The notes under the pieces were generated by a model that worked only from the letters and a program-made list of their open reading frames with translations, did not search any database and was not told where the DNA came from. This document shows positions 28,107 through 37,941 of a stretch of 64,000 nt of DNA, one piece after another (positions within the stretch are counted from its first letter, which is position 1; each line of letters opens with the position of its first letter). The position numbers and the translations under genes are program-made. This stretch comes from Myxococcales bacterium. GTDB lineage: Bacteria; Myxococcota_A; UBA9042; JABWCM01; BTVJ01. The DNA lies in NCBI GenBank assembly GCA_045863395.1, contig BTVJ01000027.1, positions 1-64,000 on the forward strand. Direction: 5' to 3'.

Positions 28107-28867
28107 GCGTTCCTCCAGGCTGGGGGGCGCTTGGCGAGGAAGGCCGTGAGCCCCTCCACGGCGTCCGCCGTCTGCATCAGCGCGTCCAGGTACAGGCGCT
28201 CCATGGCCGGAAGCTCCGCGTGGAGGCGCGCAGCGAGAGACGCGCGGACGGCGCGGCTCGCGATGCGGAGGCTCGACGCGGAGCGCGCCCCGAGGTGCGC
28301 CCGCGCCCAGGCCAGGGCGGCCTCGCACGGCTCCCCCGCGATCTCGTCCACGAGGCCCATGGCGAGGGCCTCCGCCGCCGTCACGCTGCGGCCCGTCAGG
28401 CACAGGTCCTCGGCGTGGGCGCGGCCGACCCGCTCGGGCAGCGCGACGGACGCGACCGGCGCGAATACGCCCAGCGCGATCTCCGGCTGCCCGAGGCGCG
28501 CCGTCTCGTCGGCGAAGACCCGGTGGCACACGGTCACCAGCTCCAAGGCCCCGCCCAGGCACTGCCCCCGGACGGCGGCGAGCAAGATGACGCCGCTGTC
28601 GACCATGGCCAGGATGAGGTCGTGGAAGCCGCGGAGCATGCCCTCTACTGACTCCGGGAGGTGCTCCTCCACGCTGGCGCCGAACGAGAAGTGCCGGCCT
28701 TCCCCTTCAATCACGATGGCGCGCAGGGCAGGGGCCCCGGCGGCGTCGGCGATCACCCCCCGCAACGCCGCCATCAGCGCGGCGTCGAGGATGTTGCCCT
28801 TGGAGCCGCCGAGGGTGACGCGCCACAGCGCGCCGTCGTCGAGGGTCGTGACCTGGAGCTGTGTCAT
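28103..28867 (-). CDS. dch: Cyclohexa-1,5-dienecarbonyl-CoA hydratase
   Basis: Crotonase motifs HFSFGASVEEH, GQCLGG, GQPEI.LGVFAP; position in the operon. Confidence 0.92.
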   Translation of the reverse strand: MTQLQVTTLDDGALWRVTLGGSKGNILDAALMAALRGVIADAAGAPALRAIVIEGEGRHFSFGASVEEHLPESVEGMLRGFHDLILAMVDSGVILLAAVRGQCLGGALELVTVCHRVFADETARLGQPEIALGVFAPVASVALPERVGRAHAEDLCLTGRSVTAAEALAMGLVDEIAGEPCEAALAWARAHLGARSASSLRIASRAVRASLAARLHAELPAMERLYLDALMQTADAVEGLTAFLAKRPPAWRNA

Positions 28868-28885
28868 GCGGTGCCCTCTCGCAGC

Positions 28886-29980
28886 TCAGGCTCGCCCGTG
28901 GGCGCGGGCGAGGATCTCGTCGGTCAGCTCGTCTCCCCACACGGCGCCCTCCGCCAGGCGCCGCCGCAGCAGCAGGAAGTCCACCTCGCGGCACGCCTTG
29001 CTGCCCTCGTGGAAGGCGCGGAAGCCCGCCCGCCCCTCGGTCATCATGTTGAGGCCGAGCCAGGCCCGGTTGGTCTCCTTGTTCTTGTCCCAGTGCTCGA
29101 GCTTGTGCTTGCGCACGCTCTCGATGGTCTTGGTGAGGCACCCCGGCACGGTGTTGGCCAGCTTCCAGACCATGGCGTCCACGGCGTCGTCCAGCGGCGC
29201 GAGATCCACCGTCCCCCGCGCCAGGAGCGCCTTGCCCTCGTCGCGCGCTGCCCCGGTCCTCGGCTCGCCCCACACGATCTGCCCACCGTCCACGTAGCGG
29301 TCCGTCACCACCAGCGGGTTCGGCACCAGCTCGCCGTCCACCCGCAGCGCCGGCACGACCCGCGTCAGCAGCCCGAGCCGCTGCGCCTTGTGGGCGCTCC
29401 AGGGCTCGCAGGCGGTGCAGCTCTCCATGGCGGCCTCGACGCCCACGAACAGCGGCAGGAAGTCGGTGGAGCCGCCGTCCGGGGCCGACCCGTGGCGGGG
29501 GCCCGCCTGCCCGAACAGCGCCAGGTCCTGCGCGATGGAGTAGTCGCAGGCCATGCCGATCTCTTGCCCGCCGCCGATGCGCATGCCGTTGACGCGGCAG
29601 ATCACGGGCTTGTCGCACATCAGGATCGCGCTGACCATGTCGTTGAACAGGCGCATGTACTGGCGATACTCGTCCGGCTTGCCGGCGTAGTAGGTCGCGT
29701 ACTCGGCCGTGTTGCCGCCGGTGCAGAAGGCGCGGCTCCCCGCCCCCGTGAACACGACGGCGACGGCCGCCCGGTCGTTGGAGGCGCGCCGCATCCCGAG
29801 GATGACTCCCTTGACCATCTCGGTGGTGTAGGAGTTGAGCTGGCCCGGGTTGTCGAGGGTGATGCGCGCCGTGAAGAGGCCGGGGACGGCCTCGCCTGCG
29901 GGGTCGCGCAGCGGCACGCGCTCGTAGCGCAGCCCGGGGACGTCGATGGCGGTGGTCAGGTCGTGGTCCTTGAACGTCAT
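28886..29980 (-). CDS. oah: 6-oxocyclohex-1-ene-1-carbonyl-CoA hydrolase
   Basis: LDNP.QLNSYTTEMVK, AFCTGGNT.EY, NGMRIGGGQEIGMAC, GQAGPRHGSAP.GG.TDFL. Confidence 0.95.
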   Translation of the reverse strand: MTFKDHDLTTAIDVPGLRYERVPLRDPAGEAVPGLFTARITLDNPGQLNSYTTEMVKGVILGMRRASNDRAAVAVVFTGAGSRAFCTGGNTAEYATYYAGKPDEYRQYMRLFNDMVSAILMCDKPVICRVNGMRIGGGQEIGMACDYSIAQDLALFGQAGPRHGSAPDGGSTDFLPLFVGVEAAMESCTACEPWSAHKAQRLGLLTRVVPALRVDGELVPNPLVVTDRYVDGGQIVWGEPRTGAARDEGKALLARGTVDLAPLDDAVDAMVWKLANTVPGCLTKTIESVRKHKLEHWDKNKETNRAWLGLNMMTEGRAGFRAFHEGSKACREVDFLLLRRRLAEGAVWGDELTDEILARAHGRA

Positions 29981-29984
29981 GGCG

Positions 29985-31055
29985 TCAACCTTCCGGTAGG
30001 AGGACGATGCGGCCCGGCGCCGAGCCGTGGTGGAGGGTGGCGAACACGTCGTTGATGCTCGCCATGGGCCTGCGGTCGATGAACGGCTCGATGGCGATGC
30101 GCCCGCTGAGCGCGAGGTCCACCACCGCCGGGTAGTGCTCGGGGAGGCAGCCCCAGTTGCCCTGCGCGGTGGCGTCGAAGGCCATCAGGTTGGACAGGCG
30201 CAGCTCCACCGTGCGGGGCGTGAAGCCGACGACGGAGAGGAAGCCGCCGTGGCCGAGGAGCCCGAAGGCGAGGGCCTGCCCCGCCGGGTGCCCCGATGCC
30301 TCGAAGATGCGCGTCCGCCAGGTGGGGACGTCACGGGCGGCAGCAAATGCCTTGAGCTTCTTCTTGAGCGCCTTCGCGTCCTCCCCCGCGTTGAGGGTCA
30401 GCGCCGCGCCGTGCTCTGCCATACGGGCGAGGCGCGCGTCGTCTAGGTCGATGGCGATCACCGTCGCGCCGAGCGCCGCCGAGAGCTGCACGCCGAAGCC
30501 TCCGACGCCGCCCGCACCGACCCACACCGCCAGGTCGCCGGCTGCAAGGCCGCTGCGCACGATGGCCTGGTAGGGCGTCGAGACCGCGTCGGCGATGACG
30601 GAGAGCGCGGCGAGGTCGAGGCCCGCCACGTTGACCGTGGGGTCCCGAAGATCCGGCACCGGGCACAGGCCCCGCGCGGGCACACGGACGTGGGTGCCGA
30701 AGCCGCCGTGGACGTCGCAGCCGGGGAAGATCTGGCTCGGGCAGACCTGGCCGCGCCCGGCCCGGCAGGCCGCGCACGCGCCGCAGGGGAGCACGGCGGG
30801 GACGACGACGGAGCGGCCGACCCACTCCTCGGCCCCACTGCCCGCCTCCTCGACGACGCCGCTGATCTCGTGTCCGAGCGCCAGGGGGAAGCCGTGGCGC
30901 GTGGGCACCCCGTCGTAGAAGTAGCCGAGATCCGTGTGGCAGACGCCGCAGCCTGCGGTGCGGACGATGACCTCGCCGGGGCCGGCGACCTCCTCGCGCT
31001 CCTGCCAGGTCATGGGCCGGCCGGCCTCTTCGACGACCCACGATGCGATGCGCAT
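29985..31055 (-). CDS. had: 6-hydroxycyclohex-1-ene-1-carbonyl-CoA dehydrogenase (Zn-ADH)
   Basis: GCGVCHTDLG, LGHEISG, ADAVSTPYQA, RLSNLMAFDA...GNWGC. Confidence 0.93.
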   Translation of the reverse strand: MRIASWVVEEAGRPMTWQEREEVAGPGEVIVRTAGCGVCHTDLGYFYDGVPTRHGFPLALGHEISGVVEEAGSGAEEWVGRSVVVPAVLPCGACAACRAGRGQVCPSQIFPGCDVHGGFGTHVRVPARGLCPVPDLRDPTVNVAGLDLAALSVIADAVSTPYQAIVRSGLAAGDLAVWVGAGGVGGFGVQLSAALGATVIAIDLDDARLARMAEHGAALTLNAGEDAKALKKKLKAFAAARDVPTWRTRIFEASGHPAGQALAFGLLGHGGFLSVVGFTPRTVELRLSNLMAFDATAQGNWGCLPEHYPAVVDLALSGRIAIEPFIDRRPMASINDVFATLHHGSAPGRIVLLPEG

Positions 31056-31101
31056 GGCGGCCTCCGCTTCGAGTGTATCGGGTCCACAAATCCCGAATCC
31101 G

Positions 31102-31130
31102 GGTGTACGACACCGGTGCGGCCCCGTCAA
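31102..31130 (-). promoter_or_regulatory. Putative sigma70 promoter of the had-bcr operon
   Basis: Minus strand TTGACG-N17-TACACC, about 47 bp upstream of the had ATG. Confidence 0.45.
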
Positions 31131-31198
31131 GGGTCGTAGCGCAGCCAGAGGACGTCCGTCACGCAGGTGTGTCACCGACGCTCCGGGGCGAGCGCTGC

Positions 31199-31227
31199 TT
31201 GACCAGGTAGCTACCAGAGGCTACCTT
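31199..31227 (+). promoter_or_regulatory. TA operon promoter with a palindromic operator in the spacer
   Basis: TTGACC-N17-TACCTT; perfect palindrome GGTAGCTACC at 31206-31215 plus a second GCTACC half-site. Confidence 0.6.
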
Positions 31228-31233
31228 TGGCCC

Positions 31234-31521
31234 ATGCTTGCCGTCGGCATCAAGACCCTGAAGAACAAGCTGAGCGAGTACGTGAAGCTGGCTGCGGGTG
31301 GGGAGACCGTCCTGGTCACCGACCGGGACCAGGTGGTCGCAGAGCTGGTGCCACCGCGTGAAGGGAGGAGCCCCGTCCTCGCAGATGCCCAGCTTGCCGA
31401 CGCGGTGCGCCGCGGGCTCCTGACCCCACCGCTCCTCGTCACGGAGGCGCCCCCGCCCCGGCTCCCCGTTGCCCCCATCGAGGCGCTGCTCGCTGAGCTC
31501 GCGCAGGATCGAGACCGGTGA
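31234..31521 (+). CDS. Type II antitoxin, Phd/YefM family
   Basis: VGIKTLKNKLSEYV...GETVLVTDR..VVAEL; GTGA overlap with the toxin. Confidence 0.9.
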   Translation: MLAVGIKTLKNKLSEYVKLAAGGETVLVTDRDQVVAELVPPREGRSPVLADAQLADAVRRGLLTPPLLVTEAPPPRLPVAPIEALLAELAQDRDR

Positions 31522-31904
31522 TCTACCTGGACACCTCCGTCGCGCTGGCGCACCTGCTGGCCGAAGACCGGCATCCCATGGACACCCTCTGGGCGCGTCC
31601 CCTGGTGTCCAGCCGTCTCCTCCAGGTGGAGTGCTGGGTCCGCCTCAACGCCAGGGGCCTCGGGGCGTCACACGGAGAGGCGCTCCGCTCCCTGTTGGGG
31701 CGGGTCGCGTTCATCGAGCTGTCTCCGCAGGTGCTCGCACGAACCCACGAGCCCTTCCCCATCCCCCTCCGCACTCTGGACGCCCTCCACCTGGCCTCCG
31801 CCGAGCTGCTCAGGAGTCTCGGGCAACAGGTCACCATGGCCAGCTACGACGACCGGCTCCTGACCGCAGCGGTCGCCATGGGCATCCCCGCAGAGCCCCT
31901 GTGA
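31518..31904 (+). CDS. vapC: PIN-domain toxin (VapC family)
   Basis: YLDTS, LRTLDALHLASA, SYDDRL. Confidence 0.9.
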   Translation: MIYLDTSVALAHLLAEDRHPMDTLWARPLVSSRLLQVECWVRLNARGLGASHGEALRSLLGRVAFIELSPQVLARTHEPFPIPLRTLDALHLASAELLRSLGQQVTMASYDDRLLTAAVAMGIPAEPL

Positions 31905-31991
31905 CCCCCGGGGGCCACCTTTCGGCGGACATCCGGGCACGGATCCACTACATTGGCGCCGTCGAGCGCGCCCCCCGCGCAGGAGGACCTC

Positions 31992-34010
<2,019 letters not shown>

Positions 34011-34074
34011 TCTGGCATCGAGACCTTGCCAGAGTGAGCCCTGTCCCCACGGCGGCCACCACGGTGTTCCCGGC

Positions 34075-34482
34075 GTGCGGCGACGGAGCCCCGACGTGAC
34101 CCGCGCTCTCTCAGGCACGCGCACCCTCGCAGGGCTCCTGGCTGCGGCGATCCTCCATGTGGTGGTCGCCACGGCGCTCGGCCTGTCCCTGCCCGCCACC
34201 GGCGAGCGCGGGGAGCACCGCGTCAGCGCCCACCTCACCGTCGCGCCCATCCTGCTCCCGCCCACCGCCGACGAGTCGCGGTTCCCTGGGGCGGAGCCCG
34301 TCCGCGCCGTTCGCTCGCAGCGGACCGCGCCAGCCTCGCGCCTTCAAGCTGCGCTGGCAGCAACGGCCGAGCACCCGGACCCGCAGCTCTCCCCCATGTC
34401 CCGCCGCCAGGTGCTGCTCCCACAGCGCCTCTGCGCAACCGGAGACGACGGCCCACCCACGTCCACCTCGTCCGCCGGCTGA
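34075..34482 (+). CDS. Hypothetical protein with an N-terminal hydrophobic segment
   Basis: The ORF fills the gap and has a hydrophobic helix; no recognisable motif. Confidence 0.3.
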   Translation: MRRRSPDVTRALSGTRTLAGLLAAAILHVVVATALGLSLPATGERGEHRVSAHLTVAPILLPPTADESRFPGAEPVRAVRSQRTAPASRLQAALAATAEHPDPQLSPMSRRQVLLPQRLCATGDDGPPTSTSSAG

Positions 34483-34590
34483 GGCTGCGCGGAGGCCCGC
34501 TTGGGCGGGTCTCAGGCGCGCGGTGCGCCCCTCGCAGCGCTCGGCTCGACGCCCAGCAGCGCGCACAGGCTGCGCGCGGAGGTGCACGTC

Positions 34591-34776
34591 ATGTCACAGG
34601 ACGCCAGGATCTTTCTCGTGGTCGCGGTGATCGCGCTGGTCTATCTGGTCATCATCCCCTTGATCGTTCGTCGCAAGCGCATCGCGCTCCCCACGGTCCC
34701 CGAGGAGCAGGAGCAGAGCCCCAAGCCCGTCGCCGGCGGCAAGGCCGAGAAGCCGGGGTCGAAGCGGGCCGCGTAG
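34591..34776 (+). CDS. Small single-pass membrane protein
   Basis: RBS GGAGG; MSQDARIFLVVAVIALVYLVIIPLIVRRKR (TM helix then basic cluster). Confidence 0.65.
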   Translation: MSQDARIFLVVAVIALVYLVIIPLIVRRKRIALPTVPEEQEQSPKPVAGGKAEKPGSKRAA

Positions 34777-34791
34777 GGCAGGTGGGGGGGG

Positions 34792-35754
34792 TCAGGCTGC
34801 CCGTAGCTGCGCGATCTGGTCCTGTACCCGCCGAGCGCGCCCGGGATCGGTGCGCATGAGCCACAGGTACAGGATGTTCGTCGGCACCACCAGGAGCCCG
34901 AAGATCCACAGGGGAGCCGTTGGGTCCCAGTAGGCGAGGGCCGCGGCCATCGCGAGGCTGAACAGGTGGGTCGCGAGGCCGAGGAAGCTCCAGAGGCGCA
35001 TGGACAGCAGGTGCTCCTGGCGATAGAGGTCCCGCTCCTCGGGTGAGCGCGTGATCGCCTCGTCCGCCGGCAGCCCGTTGCGGTAGTTCTTCTGCTGCCC
35101 GCCGGAGTGGGCCAGGAAGAACGCGAGGGCGCCCACGGCAATCCACTGGCGGTTCCTGCGGGCCTCATCCAGCTCCGCGCGGATGGAGTCGAGGAGCACG
35201 AGCCCCGACACGCCGCCAGGCTCCGGGGGCTTGGTGTTGGTCAGGTAGGTGTTCTTGGCCGCGTCGTACAGGTACGTGTGCCACAGCGTGCTCGCGCCGG
35301 CCGCCCACGCGAGCGCCCAGCCCCACGGCCCCAGGTCGATGACCACGTCCAAATAGAACACCAGGCCAACGAAGATGCTGGTCGTGGTGAACATATCGGA
35401 GATGCCGTCGAGGACGCGGCCCAGCATGGAGCAGCCGCCTCGGATGCGGGCGAGCTGGCCGTCCGAGCAGTCGAGCACCATGCTGAACAGCAGGAGCCCT
35501 GCGCCGACCAGCAGCCACGAGCGCTCGCCGATGGAGGCGTACCAGACGGCGATGCCGGAGAGGACCCCCACGATCCCCGCTGCCAGGGTCACCTGGTTCG
35601 GGGTCGCGCTCGTCGGCGTGAGCGCGCGCACCACATAGGCGGCGAGGCGCCGGAACACGTAGAAGTCGAGGAGCTCGTCCACGTCGCGGGGCTTGAATGT
35701 CTCCTCGGCTCGCACGGGGCGGGGGGGCATGAAGTGCATGGGCTCCGCGTGCAT
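34792..35754 (-). CDS. CDP-alcohol phosphatidyltransferase family protein
   Basis: TPNQVT and DCSDGQLAR......GRVLD..SD signature. Confidence 0.9.
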   Translation of the reverse strand: MHAEPMHFMPPRPVRAEETFKPRDVDELLDFYVFRRLAAYVVRALTPTSATPNQVTLAAGIVGVLSGIAVWYASIGERSWLLVGAGLLLFSMVLDCSDGQLARIRGGCSMLGRVLDGISDMFTTTSIFVGLVFYLDVVIDLGPWGWALAWAAGASTLWHTYLYDAAKNTYLTNTKPPEPGGVSGLVLLDSIRAELDEARRNRQWIAVGALAFFLAHSGGQQKNYRNGLPADEAITRSPEERDLYRQEHLLSMRLWSFLGLATHLFSLAMAAALAYWDPTAPLWIFGLLVVPTNILYLWLMRTDPGRARRVQDQIAQLRAA

Positions 35755-36017
35755 CGATCATCCGTGCGCAGGCTTGCCTGCGCTGGCTCCGTGCGCTGGG
35801 GGCCGGGGACCGGGCGTCGTCCGGCGGCTCGGGGCGCATGCACGGCGCGCTTCACCCCCCGAGCGGCCACGTAGGCTACTCAAGGGCGCGGCCCTGCACA
35901 AGCCCCAAGGGGCGCCGTGTTGCGATGGATCAAGGGGCGTGAGGTGGTCGAGTTCCGGTTGTCTCAGGCATCGATGGGGGTGTAGACTGCGACTCACCAT
36001 CGGAACGGAGGTGAGAA

Positions 36018-37931
36018 ATGAAGCCCACGCTCGTGCTGGCAGCGGGCATCTGCGTCGTCTTGGGGCTGGGGACTCCCGCCGCTGCCGTGCCAGGCGCCGT
36101 CCAGGTTCAGGGGACCCTGGCGACCTCGTCCGGCGTCCCTGCAGCGGGCGACTACACCGTGATCTTCAAGGTCTGGTCGGCGGAGACGGGGGGCACAGCT
36201 CTGTATACGTGGCCACCCCAGCCGGTGCAGGTGACGGCCGGACTCTTCGATGCCGAGCTGCCTGCGGCACCGGACGGGGTGTTCAACGGCGCCGAGCGGT
36301 GGCTCGAGATCGCCGTCCAGGGGGAGCCGCCCCTCCCTCGGCGCCCCTTCCGGTCCGTGCCCTATGCCCTGGTCGCGGGGCAGGCGGAGACTGCGATCAT
36401 CGCTGGCAGCCTCGCGTGCAGCGGGTGCGTCGGGGCCTCGGAGCTGGACGTGCCCTGGGCGGGCAGCTCGACCCCCGGGGGGCCCGCCCTGGACCTGGCG
36501 TGCACGGGCTGCGTGGGGTCGGCGGACCTGCAGGACGGGGGCGTCGCCTTCGCGGACCTCAGCGGGGCGGCCGTGTCGAGCCTCCGGGACTGGACCCAGC
36601 TCCTCAACGTGCCGGCCGGCTTCGCCGACGGCGTGGACAATGTGCTCTCCGAGGCCCAGGTAGAGACCTTCGTCACCAACGCCCCCATCAACCTGGCGGC
36701 GGGCTCCACCATTGGAGGCCAGCCCATCGGCAGCGGCAGCTCTTCACTGAAGATGGTCTCCGGTGAGGCGGCGAGTCTCGCCTCTGGCGCGACGCTGGAC
36801 GTGGCGCACCCGAGCGGGCTCCTCTTGGCCGTGACGGCCTGGTATCAGCGGGGCGATGGGGTGTGGGAGGCCATCGGCGGCACGACCGCGGGCGGCTGCT
36901 CGGCGTGCGGAACCGGCAACGATGGCGCCTACGATGCGACCTCCAGCACGACGCTGGCGGGCGGGACCTACAACTTCTCCAGCTTCCGGATCCGCCCCGG
37001 AGTGACCGTCACCGTCACTGGGGGAACGCCCCTCATCGTGCTCTCCAAGGGGGACGTGCTCATCGAGGGGACGCTCAACTTGAAGGGCGGCGACGGGGGC
37101 GTGGGACCGAGCGGCAACAGCCCGGGCGGGGCAGGTGGAGCGGGCGGGGGTGGGGGCGGCGGCGCTGGCGGCGTGGGAGGCGTCTACACGAGCACGTACA
37201 TGAACGGGTCGCCGGGCAGCGGCGGCGCTGGCGGAGGGTCCGGTGGAGGCGTCCAGGCGCGAGATGACGTCATCGGCGGCGGTGGCGGCGGCGGTGGCTT
37301 TGCGAGCACGGGGGCGACGGCGAGCGCTGGCTACTGCTGCACCAGCCGGTGTGGGAGCGAGATCTCGATTCCGGGTGGGGCCGGGGGTTCCTCCTACGGG
37401 GCGGCTCCGATGACGCAGCTCCTGGCGGGCTCTGGCGGTGGCGGCGGCGGGTACGGTGGTGCGGACAACGGCTGCGGCGGTGGCGGTGGGGGCGGCGGTG
37501 GGGCCGTGAAGATCGTGGGGGCCACCATCAAGGTCACGGGGACCATCGACGCGCGGGGAGGCAAGGGCGGCGATGCCCAGTCCGGAGCCGACGGTGGCGG
37601 CGGGGGCGGCGGCAGCGGTGGCAGCATCTGGCTCCGGGCCGCCAGCGTCCAGGTGACCGGGAGCGCGCTGGCGACCGGCGGCGGTGGGGGCACCACGACC
37701 GTCGGCGGCTCCTGCGGCATCGGCGGGACGGGCGGAGCTGGCAGCGCCGGCCGCGTCCAGGTGGACGCTGCCTCGATCAGCGGCTCCACCTCGCCAGCGT
37801 ATGGGGTCGGCTCCACGTCGGACCTGGCCACCGCGTCCTGGGAGATCACCCAGCCCAACGCGACCACGGTGCGCCTCCGCAACGGGTCGCAGACCGCGTG
37901 GCCCGTGAAGGTCGTCGTCATTCATCCCTGA
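36018..37931 (+). CDS. Secreted glycine-rich protein, paralogue of 10291..12468
   Basis: RBS GGAGG; signal peptide; shared QG.L...ETGG..L...LPRR...LACSGCVGA.ELD N-domain; poly-Gly C-domain. Confidence 0.8.
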   Translation: MKPTLVLAAGICVVLGLGTPAAAVPGAVQVQGTLATSSGVPAAGDYTVIFKVWSAETGGTALYTWPPQPVQVTAGLFDAELPAAPDGVFNGAERWLEIAVQGEPPLPRRPFRSVPYALVAGQAETAIIAGSLACSGCVGASELDVPWAGSSTPGGPALDLACTGCVGSADLQDGGVAFADLSGAAVSSLRDWTQLLNVPAGFADGVDNVLSEAQVETFVTNAPINLAAGSTIGGQPIGSGSSSLKMVSGEAASLASGATLDVAHPSGLLLAVTAWYQRGDGVWEAIGGTTAGGCSACGTGNDGAYDATSSTTLAGGTYNFSSFRIRPGVTVTVTGGTPLIVLSKGDVLIEGTLNLKGGDGGVGPSGNSPGGAGGAGGGGGGGAGGVGGVYTSTYMNGSPGSGGAGGGSGGGVQARDDVIGGGGGGGGFASTGATASAGYCCTSRCGSEISIPGGAGGSSYGAAPMTQLLAGSGGGGGGYGGADNGCGGGGGGGGGAVKIVGATIKVTGTIDARGGKGGDAQSGADGGGGGGGSGGSIWLRAASVQVTGSALATGGGGGTTTVGGSCGIGGTGGAGSAGRVQVDAASISGSTSPAYGVGSTSDLATASWEITQPNATTVRLRNGSQTAWPVKVVVIHP

Positions 37932-37941
37932 CGGGGGGACC

